Below, one piece after another: positions 23,142 to 35,915 of a stretch of DNA of 64,000 nt. A program made the translations under genes and the position numbers. Source of the stretch: Felis catus (taxonomy: Eukaryota). The DNA lies in contig NC_058368.1 in the NCBI RefSeq assembly GCF_018350175.1, positions 145,702,001-145,766,000 on the forward strand. The letters run 5' to 3'. Within the stretch, counting starts at the first letter, position 1. Each line of letters begins with the position of its first letter. The notes beneath the pieces are model-generated. The model ran no database searches. It had not been told where the DNA came from and saw only the letters and a list, made by a program, of their open reading frames with translations.

Positions 23142-24664
23142 TAGAATCAAAGGAAGGACGTCTTGCAGGATGATGGGTAAGCTGGGAGGAGTGAAGATGG
23201 ATATTCACGGTGAGAGCAGCTGGCAGGGACCTGAGGGATCCTTTCTAGCTGGGTCCTCCCTAGTTCATTGCTGAGGAATACATTAGATACTGGTCATAGT
23301 CAGATTTGTGAGTGTTTAGCAAGATCTGTGGCATTTTGTGGTGTTTCTATGCGATGCATACAGCAAGCAAACCAATTAGGTAAATTAGCACTTATTTTTA
23401 AGTCTCAGTCCCATGAGAAAACAACCTGGAAACAAACACCATTCAAATTCACAGCGGAGGGATTTTTGGTAGCTGATATACCCTGAGACATCAGAGGCTT
23501 GGCCTCTAGGACATTGATTATTATGGAATAGGTTCATTCAGGCCAGAAAATGTTTAAGTGGGACTAACATTTTTAAAACTATACAATAGAAGCCCTTTGA
23601 TCTAGTTATTTTGAGGGGGGGGGTGTGAAAATTTAAAATTGTGTTTTCTTTACATATTTTACTTCCTTTGAAATTTTATTGAAAACAGTCTGGGGTGTGT
23701 GTGTCAAAGCTGTATTCATTGTTGTCTCTTGCCTCTGGGCAAGCGTATATGGGGTTCATCTACCCAACAGTATGAGATTTCTTCTTATTCTTGAAGGATT
23801 CTTCCTCAGAATGTAGACGTTATTGTAACATGCGATGATTCAGTTGTTTAGGACACAGTTCACTCCCTGACTGCTCTCAATATGGGTGCATTGTGCTTGC
23901 TTTGGGTCCCAGCCAAGTCTGAGCCACGTCTGTCTGCATGGGCTGGCCGGCTGTGCTCCGACTCTGGTCAGCACTAGCTGTTATTCTCCTAGTCATCTTT
24001 TTATCTTCCTGGGTAATCTTGGGCTTAATTTGGTTCCTGCCTTTAATACTCCCATCTGGCTTCTTTCTTTCTCTCTGTCTTTTTAAAACATCTGTCTGAA
24101 ACTTACATAGTCATCCTCATGACGAGTTGGTTTTTTAGAGTAAGGTTTCTCTTCTTGTGTGGAACTGGAGTCTGTGATAACTACTTATATAGAAACTTAT
24201 ATACAAGTTTCTGTGACTTGTAGATGCTGCGAGAATGTTCAGGTCATTTTCTTCTTTGGTCTCTCTGGTTGGTACCGGTTCAAAGAAGTTACTCAGGGAA
24301 CAGAGTTTGTCATTAGACCACTCCCCCACCTCAAAAAAAATCTCTGTCTCCAAAGAGAGTATCACTGTGTAGGCACTGATCAAACTGATACGGATAAAAT
24401 TAAGATGTATTATATAAGTGAACTGTTCTATTACTTTTCTGGAGAAAGTTTATCTTTTTGAATCTGTGATTTTGTTGTTAAGCATCACCTCTTGATTTTT
24501 TTATCATTCATCTTGGGTACATTTATTGAAAGATTAATTTAAGAGATCACAATTCCAGGTAACAGCATTTGCCTTTAGCTTACTTGGTTTTAATACCAGT
24601 GGCTAAATTGATCAGTCTTAATGCTATCAACCTCAATACTTGCTTTAAAACATAATGGTAAATA

Positions 24665-26690
24665 AAAGAGGCTTGTGGAACTTTGTGATGTGGGGAATGT
24701 GTTCTTTATTTTTTTGATTTTCTGGTGTTTTTTTTAAATTTTATTTTTAATTTTTTAAAATTTACATCCAAATTAGCATATAGTGCAACAATGATTTCAG
24801 GAGTAGATTCCTTAGTGCCCCTTACCCATTTAGCCCATCCCCCCTTCCACAACCCCTCCCGTAACCCTCAGTTTGTTCTCCATATTTATGAGTCTCTTCT
24901 CTTTTGTCTCTCTCCCTGTTTTTATATTATTTTTATTTCCCTTCTGTTCATCTGTTTTGTCTCTTAAAGTCCTATGAGTGAAGTCATATGTCTTTTGTCT
25001 TTCTCTGACTAATTTCACTTAGCATAATACCCTCCAGTTCCATCTACGTAGTTGCAAATGGCAAGATTTCATTCTTTTTGATTGTCAACTAATACTCCAT
25101 TGTATATATCTATACCACATCTCCTTTATCCATTCATCAGTCGATGGACATTTGGGCTCTTTCCATACTTTGGCTATAGTTGATAGTGCTGCTATAAACA
25201 TGGATGTGCATGCGTCCCTTCGAAACAGCACACCTGTATCCCGTGGATAAATGCCTAGTAGTGCAATTGCTGGGTCATAGGGTAGTTCTCTTTTTAGTTT
25301 CTTGAGGAACCTCCATACTGTTTTCCAGAGTGGCTGCACCAGCTTTCATTGCCACCAACAATGCAAAAGAGATCCTCTTTCTCCGCATCCCCGCCAACAT
25401 CTGTTGTTGTCTGAGTTGTTAATGTTAGTCATTCTGAGAGGTGTAAGGTGGTATCTCATGGTAGTTTTGATTTGTATTTCCCTGATGATGAGTGATGTTG
25501 AGCCTTTTTTCATGTGTTGGTTGGCCATCTGGATGTCTTCTTTGGAGAAGTGTCTATTCATATCTTTTGCCCATTTCTTCACTGGATTATTTGTTTTTTG
25601 GGTGTGGAGTTTGATAAGTTCTTTATAGATTTTGGATACTAACCCTTTATCTGACATGTCATTTGCAAATATCTTCTCCCATTCTGTCGGTTGCCTTTTA
25701 GTTTTGCTGATTGTTTCCTTTGCTGTGCAGAGGCTTTTTATTTTGATGAGGTCCCAGTAGTTCATTTTTGCTTTTGTTTCCCTTGCCTCCGGAGACATGT
25801 TGAATAAGAAGTATCTGCGACCAAGATCAAAGAGGGTTTTGCCTGCTTTCTCCTCGAGGATTTTGATGGTTTCCTATGTTACCTTGAGGTCTTTCATCCA
25901 TTTTGAGTTTCTTATTGTGAATGGTGTAAGAAAGTGGTCCAGGTTCATTCTTCTGCATGTCACTGTCCAGTTTTCCCAGCACCACTTGCTGAAGAGACTG
26001 TCTTTATTCCATTGGATAGTCTTTCCTGCTTTGTCAAAGATTAATTGGCCATACGTTTGTGGGTCTATTTATGGGTTCTCTATTCTGTTCCATGGATCTG
26101 AGTGTCTGTTTTTGTGCCAGTACCATACTGTCTTGATGGTTACAACTTTGTAGTATAGCTTGAAGTCTGGGATTGTGATGCCTCCTGCTTTGGTTTTCTT
26201 TTTCAGGATTGCTTTGGCTATTCGGGGTCTTTTCTGGTTCCATACAAATTTTAGGATTATTTGTTCTAGCTCTGTGAAGAATGCTGGTGCTATTTTGATA
26301 GGGATTGCATTGAATATGTATATTGCTTTGGGTAGTATTGACATTTTAACAATAATTGTTCTTCCTATCTAGGAGCATGGAATCTTTTTCCATTTTTTTG
26401 TGTCTTCTTCAATTTCTTTCCTAAGCTTTCTATAGTTTTCAGCGTATAGATTTTTTACCTCTTTGGTTAGATTTATTCTAGGTATTTTATGTTTTTTTGT
26501 GCAACTATAAGTGGGATTGATTCCTTGATTTCTGTTTCTGTTACTTCATTGTTGGTTTATAGGGGGAATGTGTACTTTACATTGATTGTGTTGTTGGTTA
26601 CTCTACTATATGCATTCATCAAAACTCATCACATTGTACACCTAAAAACTGGTGAAACTTGTTGTATATAAATACCTCAATAAAAGTTAT
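24665..26690 (+). mobile_element. Old L1M (L1MC/MD/ME-like) 3' end split by a younger L1
   Basis: Joining across the TSD restores ggaactttgtgatgtggggaatgtg...ttgattgtg...catcaaaactcatcacattgtacacctaaaa...tacctcaataaa. Confidence 0.7.
24709..26562 (-). mobile_element. 5'-truncated felid L1 (about 1.85 kb; frameshifted ORF2 C-terminal part plus 3' UTR)
   Basis: The ORF track shows ORF2 pieces (MSILPKAIY..., [16 protein letters not shown]..., [16 protein letters not shown]). 17-bp TSD ggggaatgtgttcttta (24692-24708) / ggggaatgtgtacttta (26563-26579). Confidence 0.97.
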
Positions 26691-26694
26691 TAAA

Positions 26695-26906
26695 AAATTT
26701 TTTTTTTCAATGTTTATTTATTTTTGGGACAGAGACAGAGCATGAACGGGGCAGGGGCAGAGAGAGAGGGAGACACAGAATCGGAAACAGGCTCCAGGCT
26801 CTGAGCCATCAGCCCAGAGCCTGACGCGGGGCTCGAACTCACAGACCGCGAGATCGTGACCTGGCTGAAGTCGGACGCTTAACCGACTGCGCCACCCAGG
26901 CGCCCC
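26695..26906 (-). mobile_element. Young SINEC_Fc
   Basis: Perfect 13-bp TSD aaaagttattaaa (26682-26694 / 26907-26919). Confidence 0.97.
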
Positions 26907-27033
26907 AAAAGTTATTAAAGAGAAGTGCAGTATAAGTAAACATTATTCAAATCTGAGATTTTCCTATAGCATATTAACATTGTTTTCCTTTAGGTCACCC
27001 CAAATTGTCTTCTTCCTTTTGTTCCTTAGATAT

Positions 27034-28200
27034 TGTCTTAGTTTAGGCTGCCAAAACAGAGTATCACAGACTAAGAGGCTTATAAAAAAGACAAAAATTG
27101 GTGCCAAGAAGTTGGGGCACTGCTGTAACAAATATCTAAAGATGTGGAAGCAGCTTTGGAGCTGGATGCTGGGTGGAATTTGAGGCACATGCTGAAAAGG
27201 GCTAACATGGACACAGATGACCTTTAAAAATGATTCTGCTGAGGGTTCAAAAAGAAAGGGGAGAGCTGTAGAGAAAGGCCTCAGTCTTCTTAGACAATCC
27301 CTAAGTAATCCTGACTGGCATGGTGGCAGGAATGTGGACGGTAAAGATCTGCTGAGGTGTTAGATGGAAGTGAGGAACAGGGTATTAGACAGTCGAGGAA
27401 AGACCATCCTTATTATTGTGTGGCAAAGAATTTGGCTGAATTGTGTTAATCTTCTGGTGTTTTGTGTAAGGTAGAATTTGCAAGTGGTGAAAGTGGATAA
27501 TTTCTGAGCAAAGTGTTGAACGGATGGCTTGACTCCTGACTTCGTCTAGTAAAATTCTAGAAGAGAGAAATGACTTAAAGATGAAAAAATTAAGCAAGAC
27601 GAAAACAGAACTTAAAAGATTTGAAAATTATCAGCTTATCCATATTGCAAAAAATGAGAACACTAAGGGTGTGACCAAGTGACCATTTGATAAGGAAGTT
27701 TTTTTTTTTTTTAACGTTTATTTATTTTTGAGACAGAGAGAGACAGAGCATGAACGGGGGGAGGGTCAGAGAGAGAGGGAGACACAGAATCTGAAACAGG
27801 CTCCAGGCTCTGAGCTGTCAGCACAGAGCCCGATATGGGGCTCAAACTCACGGACCGCGAGATCACGACCTGAGGTGAAGTTGGACACTTAACTGACTGA
27901 GCCACCCAGGTGCCCCGATAAGGAAGTTAGTATGGATCAGCCATCTCAGCAGAAGCCAGGAGCTGTTCTCCAAGTCAGTGGAAAAATGACCCTGAAGTCA
28001 TTGGGAGATAATCAGGACTGCCACTCCCATCACAGGCCCAGAGTGCAAAGACAAGGGATTGGGGCTGGGGAGGGGAGCAGGGCTGGGCAGCATAATTTTA
28101 AAGGAGGGGCCCCTGGCACATGCAAGAACTCATTGTGTGCTGAGATTTACATGGAGGCAGTCTGATCTGTGCCAAGGCTCTGCCCCACCACACATACTGC
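27034..28200 (+). mobile_element. MaLR internal region (MLT1A/MST-int-like) preceded by an inverted LTR end
   Basis: aaaattggtgccaagaagttggggcactgctgtaacaaatatctaaagatgtggaagcagctttgga matches the MaLR-int 5' end as I recall it. Confidence 0.8.
27701..27916 (-). mobile_element. CanSINE
   Basis: Perfect 12-bp TSD gataaggaagtt (27689-27700 / 27917-27928). Confidence 0.96.
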
Positions 28201-28924
28201 ATCCAGGGTCAGGTCTGCATCTGGCTGACAGGACAGTGAGCATGACTTTCATGAATGGACACTTAGGGAGGGGTGGCTGGTGTCCAATTCTGCACACTGA
28301 CTGTTATTTATTAGTATTGTTGAAGTTGTATAAGATTATTTAAAATTTTGAAAAGTATAACATAATTAGAAATACTTATTATTTTATTCCACATTTTGCA
28401 GGAAACTTCAACTTCTCTGCATCAATTCAGCATCAGAGAATTCAATTTAAAGGTAAAACTAACATCATGATAGATGATATTTGTGTATTCTTAGTTCTTT
28501 ATTGAGTTTGACTAATCCATAGACCTTTCATTGAAAACCTGCTCATGCTGGTGGTTGGAATCCAATTTGCAGTAAGTTGTTTGTTTATTGCCAAGGTTAA
28601 CAGTTTCTAAGCTACTGAGAGATAAGGAAAGAATTTGTAGTCAATAAATTACTATTCTCCCCATTTTGAATACCATAATTCTGGTTTTCTACATTTCATT
28701 TATTAGCTCTGTGGGTGCTGTTGCCTGCTATCCTATAACTAGATTACTGTTCACTGTGGCCAACACCAAATATACTTACCATAGCATAGCACAGAAGTTT
28801 TTAGGGTTTTCTTTTTAATACTGAAATTTGGAGTGTTGAGCACTCATTTACTGCCCAGAGATAAGGAAAAGTAGAAACCATAGTGGTCAAGTGCATTTTT
28901 GGTATCAGATCATATTTCAGTTTC

Positions 28925-29100
28925 TGGCTGTGTAACCCAGGCCACATTATTTAACATATATGAGCTCAATTTGTTAATCTTTAAAGTGGTGGTAATAATA
29001 CTTTCTATCTCATAGAATTTTGGTAATAATTCAATAAGATAGGAGATAAAGGTGTTTAATAGAGCATCTAGTACGTGGTAAGCACTCAAAAAGCTAGCTC
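28925..29100 (+). mobile_element. MIR
   Basis: MIR core and 3' end gtaagcactcaaaaagctagct. Confidence 0.7.
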
Positions 29101-29109
29101 CTGTTTTTG

Positions 29110-29540
29110 TCATTGATGGCGATATTTGTTGCATTGTAGCCATCAGCATCCATTCTTTCTCTTTTGGTAGCACTACCCCAATTTCCATTTTATGAAAGAC
29201 CTGTCTGCTATTGTGGGCAGTCTTGCTGGGATTGTAATTTAAGGTAATTTAACCTTCCCTAGCTAAGAGGTTAGTGTGTGTCCTAAAATAGTTTACTCTC
29301 TCTCTTCTGAAATCTTGATGCCTGAAGATTCAGGAACAGAGATTAAACTAACTAATGCCTGTAACAGATTCATTCTGTGGCAGCTTTGATGAGGTGGGAA
29401 AACTCAGGCTCTGTTCTCTACCAGTCTTGAGCCTGGTTCTTTAGGCCTTTGGTTCTCTGAGGCACACCACATTTTTGCATTGAATTATCATTTGTTAAAA
29501 TTACTCAGAGTAGGGTTTTTTTTTTTACAATCAAATAATG
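29110..29540 (+). mobile_element. Old MaLR/ERVL LTR (MLT1J-like)
   Basis: cagcatccattctttctcttttggtagcactaccccaatttcc 5' motif and an LTR-like 3' end. Confidence 0.5.
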
Positions 29541-30181
29541 CAAAATAATATGAATATACATATGAATATATATGAATAATATAAATATGATTAGGACCAA
29601 TTTTTCAAGGCTAGAAAACTGTGGTGGGGTGTGGTATGCATTATTTTTTGGACCTGCTATCCTACCTACTATCAGGATCAGTGAGCAGCAACTATTTAGA
29701 GAACTTCCATTGTGGTAAGATCCTCACTCTTCTTCACTACTGTAACGTAGTAGAAGACCCCAGGCTCTATAAACATTTGCCAAAATAATGGCAGAGTAGT
29801 CTCAGCCTGCCTTCTCTGTTTACATCATTTTGGAGTTACAATGGTGTTTTAATTCTTTTATGGGAAGTAGACCTTTATCATATACAGCTTCTTCAGAGTA
29901 TAGAGTTAAGTGTTATGCTAGTACTTTAAGAGTATTGTTCAACTAATCCTTACAGTGATTTTCATTTGCATTTTAGATTAGTAAACTGTCAGAGAATTTA
30001 GGAAAACTGCCTAAGGTCACACACTTAGTAAGAGACAGAGCCAGTATTTGAACCCAGCTCTACCTGATTTGCAAAGGATGTATTTTTCAGTAGACTTTGG
30101 AAACCTCTAAAATATCGCCTGTATTTCATACCCTTTTTGATAGGAAAGGATAGAATAAAATAGAGAAGACATATTTTGGAA

Positions 30182-30929
30182 TGATGCTGGGAGTGTCTGA
30201 CCACACCAACCCCCCCCACCCCCCAGGTGTAAAGTTCCTCTTAAAAATGTAACAGACACCACCTACTCCCCCTCAGGTATCCCCGAGGAATTGGACAAAA
30301 GGCCTAACTAAAAATAAGTAGTAGACCATAAAACCTATGACCCACAAGGAACAGTTTGGCCATAGGCCACCCCTCATACAATGGAAACGAGCCAATCAGG
30401 AATGGACAATCCAGCACCTAAAGTTGTCCAGCCATTAAGGGTAGAACCTGTGAAGGAACAAGGAGGAAGGGAAGAGGGGGGATGATCAGAACCTTATAAA
30501 ACAAGGACCCCTTGTCTGTAGTCCTCTGGCATTTACTTTCAAGTGTCCCCCCTCTGTAAAGAGAGATTTCCTACTATTCTTTCTTTTTTTTAAAAAAAAT
30601 TTTTTTTTTCAACGTTTATTTATTTTTGGGACAGAGAGAGACAGAGCATGAATGGGGGAGGGGCAGAGGGAGACACAGAATCGGAAACAGGCTCCAGGCT
30701 CTGAGCCATCAGCCCAGAGCCTGACTTGGGGCTCGAACTCACGGACCGCGAGATCGTGACCTGGCTGAAGTTGGATGCTTAACCGACTGCGCCACCCAGG
30801 CGCCCCTATTCTTTCTAATCTTATACTCTTAACAAACTTTTGCCTGCTGCTTATTTAGTGTCCACCTCTTCATTCTTTGAAGTGGTGAGACAACGAATCT
30901 TGGGTATTGTGGTAAAAAATCCTGCAACA
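30182..30929 (+). mobile_element. Solo ERV LTR, probably carnivore ERV1-class
   Basis: TG...CA termini with imperfect inverted ends (tgatgctggg / tcctgcaaca), CCAAT at 30392, TATAAAA at 30495, and AACAAA at the poly(A)-signal position (30831). No clean TSD seen. Confidence 0.8.
30585..30806 (-). mobile_element. Young SINEC_Fc inside the LTR
   Basis: 10-bp TSD tattctttct (30575-30584 / 30807-30816). Confidence 0.97.
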
Positions 30930-31651
30930 CTTTGGTTCCTTGTTCTTTTCATTCACAAAATAGTCAGGCATCCTATTTTTGTGCATTTCCCCTAGAGTGA
31001 TACAAAGAATGGTGTTATGGTTATTAAGTAATGAAACTGACATCTAAACAAGCATGTTCAAGCTTGCATGTCTACACTAGTGTTGTCCCTTTCAAAGTGT
31101 TGATCTTGTAAAGATGTGCTTTCTGTTACTCAGCATATTGTCTACAGGGCTGAGTCCCATTCTCTGGAATGCCTGTAATGCAGAAACTTTTTTGTTTTTT
31201 GAGAAAGTATTTGACTTTAAAGCAGCCAAAGGCATTTGTAGGCCAATTCAGTTAAGAAGATGGATAATCATGTTACGAAGGGCCATTGTCAATGAAAAAT
31301 GAGATATGAGTGTAAGTGTTGAGACTGGTACATTGTGGCTTTTTAACTGTTCTGAAGACTGCTCTCCAGGTGGCATCCCTAGACACTTTTGTTTCATCCA
31401 ACAAATGTTAGGACATGTGTCAATCACTGAATGTATGGTGACCAAAAAGACAGGCATGAGTCTGGTTCTTATGGAACTCTCAACCTTGCAGTGAACACAG
31501 ATAGAACAAACTGGGTTTTTATTACATTTGTGAGACATGCAGTAGTGTGTAGAAGGCATCCAGGCTGGGATAAGTGCTGTGTCTTAGAGGAATCAGAAGT
31601 CTTTCCTGAGTAAATTGCCAAGTGATAGGTGAAGAGAGCATGAAGGTAGAG

Positions 31652-31861
31652 CAGGATTTCTCAGCCTCTGCACTACTGACATTTGAACCGGGTAATTCTT
31701 TGGTTTGGAGCTGTCCTGTGCATTAGAGGATATTTAGTACCATCTGAGATTTCTACCAGCTAAGTGCCAGTGGTACCTTCTCTAGCTGTGACAACCATCA
31801 TTGTCTTCAGACATTGCTAAATGTTCCCTGGGGGACAAAATCACCTGAGTTAGAGCCACTG
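31652..31861 (-). mobile_element. MER20 (hAT-Charlie MITE)
   Basis: caggatttctcagcctctgcactactgacatttg...cagacattgctaaatgttccctgggggacaaaatcacc...gagccactg. Confidence 0.85.
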
Positions 31862-34800
31862 GTGAAGGTGAAAAAGGAATGGTATGTGCAAGGCCTCAAG
31901 ATGGGAAGGAGGGAGGGAAGCATTCTGAAAGCATTGATAGAATGCTAGTGAATTACTGGGGAGATAGGCATAATGTTAGAATAGTTTGTAGTCTCCCATA
32001 ACGAAGTCAGTCATCCCTGGCCTAGTTTAAAAATAGTTTTGTTTCCTATTAGTTGTATCTATACTTAGTCTCTGCCCTCATCTTCCTTCTCTTCTTTCTT
32101 TCCTACTCCCGTATTCCTTCTGCGCACTGCCCTCCCCCCCCCTCCCCACCAGGTTTTGTAGAAGCTACTAGGCTTTTTGTCACCTAAGCCAGGTCAGTCA
32201 CCTAATGCTTGGTCATTCTGAACTCATACACTGAATATCCAGGTAAATTTCTCTGTAGTAGCCTCCTCCTCAACTGGTTGGTGATCTTCTCATATTAAAC
32301 TGAGCATGATTTGGATTAATTACAATTAAAACAAGAGCATAGTAATAACCTGCCAAAAATTCCTTTAGTGAGAGGAAGGGATATAAGCCAGAGGTCATAA
32401 CAAGAAGCAAGGACTGTCCTATGCCTTGCAAGATGTTTATTTTAGCAGCATCCTTGGTCTCTACCATCTCGATGCCAATGGGACTAGGGTATATGCAAAT
32501 TTAACACAAACGAAACAACTTGTTGTTGTTGAGTGGGGAAAATGGCCACCTTTGGAAGACTTTCTGGTTACAGTGAGGGAAACAGAAGGAAGCAGGCAAC
32601 CAGGGTGTGGTGGGAAGCATGTAAATTATAGGTTGGAGCTGCTCCTCAGGGCACATAGGAGGGGCTGGGTAGTCAGAGCCTTCAGGCATTGCTTTTATTG
32701 GCAGTTTTGTCAGCTGACCTAAGTGAGCAGTATATAAATATGGTCATTATCACTATGTCCATGTGGTGAAAAAAGTTAGAAAACAGTGCTAGATAACCAT
32801 ACTTGCTAGAATACTGTATAAAGCAGTATCAATCTATCATGAGTAAGTGGTCTGTAAAAGGTTTGCAATACGGGGCCATAATTTAGCAGCTCTTCTCAAA
32901 TACAGTTATTCATATTTGAAGTACTGTCCATATTGGTGACAATTTCGTTGGTTGCTGTCATGGCCATAGCAGTGCTTTTGGCAAACTGCCTTTGATGTGG
33001 TCCATTGGTCTTCGTTGTTGGAAACCACTTTAGCACTCTCAGCTGCATGGCATCATTCCTTTCCATGGAAAAATCATCTACTGTAGCTTTCTTTCTTCCT
33101 ACAGGGGCTGAATATAAGCCTCTGTCACTTCATTTTTGTTCTGTGAGCCCCACAGGCTGCGAATGTCCCTGTTTGAAGCCTGTTGTCCTCACCAGACTGT
33201 AAAGTGGGAACACTGCACCTGTTTTGTTCACATAACATCCCCCACTGCCCAAGAGGCATCTACTAGGCTCTTTGTAAGTATTTGTTATGATAGTAATTGA
33301 TTTGGGAAAGAGGAGGAACCTAAGGGGAAAAGACTCCATAAAGGGTAAGCAGGGGGATGAGAGGAATTTGTTTGTTTGTTTGTTTATTTGTTTATTTTTG
33401 CTGGTCATAGGATAGATTTGGGGTCCTTTTTACTTACCCCTTAAAAGTTTGGTTGACTTCAGCTCATATCTGGCTTAAAATTTTCTTCTTAATTAATTCG
33501 TTAATTACTGAAGAAGTACTCTACCACATTGTGAGAACATGAAATTCATGGCCTGATATCTCACATCAATATATTCATACCTGGCTCGCTTTAAGAAAGA
33601 CTGGGTCACCTCAGAAAAGGTAAGGAACTTTCTTTGCTTCAGTCAGCCTGAGCTGTTAAGGAGCTGAACTTCTTAGGGTGAAAGTTGTCCCCCACCCTGC
33701 ATGAGGTGGGACTGGGGATAGGGGGCTGGCGGGTTCTTTCTGCTCTGCCCAAGTCACCTTAATCCCTTAACTGGTTTTCTTCTCATCATCTCTCACTGTC
33801 TTTCCACTCTCCACTTCAAAACATGCCCGAGTCAACAGAAAATCTTGGGGTGGCATTCTGAAAACAATACTAAAAAATCAGGCCAGGCCAATACTGAAAA
33901 ACAAGTTACCTTTAGCAGTAGCAATTTCGCATTTTGTGGACGTGAAAGGTTAACTTAGAAGTCATGGCTGTGAACTCAGAAGCTTTCCCACTGGAATGAA
34001 TGTAGGTTGTATTGAGGAGAATGTTTTTCTAAATCATAAAAGCACATGCCACTGGTGGTTAGTGAATCATTCCCAGTTAAGATGCATGAACAAAACCCTC
34101 TACGTTGAGTGTAGCAGGATTTCAATTTAATTCAACAACTACTTGTTGAGTAAGACCTGCATTTCTTTTTGCCCTGCCCTGTATGTAGGAATTGCTTTTT
34201 ATTATGTGTTGAGGTAGTGTGAGGAGTAAAGAAATTGTTTTTGACAAACATCACTGTTTGGAAATTGAACCTACTTGACCTAAGTATGTTTGGCTATTTT
34301 CTGAGAGTTCAGTGAGGTTGGAATATGAAACAAATATAACTCAAAATATTTTGCCAACTCTCGCATCCATGTATATTTTCTGTACCTTTTTAATTTCCCC
34401 TAAATAAGATTTTAAACCATTTGTAGGGAGGAGACTGGGTTTAACAAGTGTTCCCAAGCACATATTATAGTCTAAGTACCTTAAAGACTCAGTAAATATT
34501 GACTGACTGAGGGGATGTGTATACTCCAGGGGCTGCATCCTCAGTGGTTGAGATTTTCCATAGAAACAAAACCAGTGTTGAAGCATAGTTCCTTTTGGTT
34601 GGGATGGTTTACTGAAAAGTTACAGCCAAATGACACTGATTAGCCGCCAGACTAATTGCTCTCTACCACCAACCTTGTTTCATAGGCAAACTGTGCCCCA
34701 GGGTAAAATAACAGGCATGCTGAGGCAAAGTTTCCAACATGTGCTCCTAAACCTTCCCCCCTTGAATTGGGAAAGTGACCTTTTGGCAAACAAATGTTCT

Positions 34801-35394
34801 TTCACCTTCACTGTTTAGAAGTTGTTAACACTGGGCGGGCTGCATGATTGATGCAGGAACTTTCCTCTCTTCTGCAAGTAGGCTCTACTTTTTACCCCTC
34901 AGAGCTGTGAGGTTTTTATATTGTTTTCCCTTGATAAGGTGGCTGGGCTACCCATAAATTTGTATTTTTTAATGACCTGGTGGCTGCTGAAAGAGTGTTA
35001 TTCTGCTTTGTAGGCTTTTTGGCTTTTCTTCTACAGCTTACATTGCTGAAAAAGTTCACCTTTTGTGAATGTGTCCTTTTATTTGTAATCTGCTTGAAAT
35101 AATTTTTTTTTTAAGCTGGATTTCTTGCTTCTGCTTTAGTTTGATTATCTCAGGCAAATGAGAATATCTTTTTTAAGTCTTTTAAGGAGAACAGATCTTT
35201 TAAAGTCACTACTTTCAATAACCTTCAGTTTTCCAAGTGGAGGATGGAAAAGATGGAAAGCTGAGTACCGATTTTCTTTAGTATTTTTTGATTTGGGGGC
35301 ATGACGGTGGAGTGAGGATGGATACTTCCTCAAAGCCCATATTGCACATACTGACAAAGGGAGAGGTTGAGGGTATTCTAGGCGAGTGATGAAG

Positions 35395-35597
35395 AGTAAA
35401 GATTCCAGGATGAAGTATATGACCTTGGGCAAATTACCTACCCCATCTGTGCCTCAGTTTCCTTGCCATTAAAATGGAAATAATACTAACACTTACTTTG
35501 TAACATTGTTATGAAGAGTAAATGGGTTGATACACACAAAGTGCTTAGGCTAGAGTGCATGGTACTTTGTTGGTGCTACCTGAATGTTAGCTGTTAG
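35395..35597 (+). mobile_element. MIR
   Basis: Core tgaccttgggcaaattacct...ctgtgcctcagtttcctt...aaaatggaaataata. Confidence 0.85.
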
Positions 35598-35647
35598 AGG
35601 GTTCCCAACAATCATACAATCCTAACAGCTTTTTAAATTTTTTTATT

Positions 35648-35861
35648 TTTTCAACGTTTTTTTTTAATTTATTTTTGGGACAGAGAGAGACAGAGCATGA
35701 ACGGGGGAGGGGCAGAGAGAGAGGGAGACACAGAATCGGAAACAGGCTCCAGGCTCTGAGCCATCAGCCCAGAGCCTGACGCGGGGCTCGAACTCACGGA
35801 CCGCGAGATCGTGACCTGGCTGAAGTCGGACGCTTAACCGACTGCGCTATCCAGGCGCCCC
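35648..35861 (-). mobile_element. Young SINEC_Fc
   Basis: Near-identical to the copy at 62098; CpGs intact. Confidence 0.97.
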
Positions 35862-35915
35862 TAAAATTTTTTATTTTTAAACAAATTTATTTGATGTCAG
35901 AACTGAACCTAAGCT

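Noticed and set aside
25302..26372. Plus-strand ORFs of 70-118 aa (similar ones at 56110 and 62831)
   Set aside because: Antisense frames of L1 ORF2.
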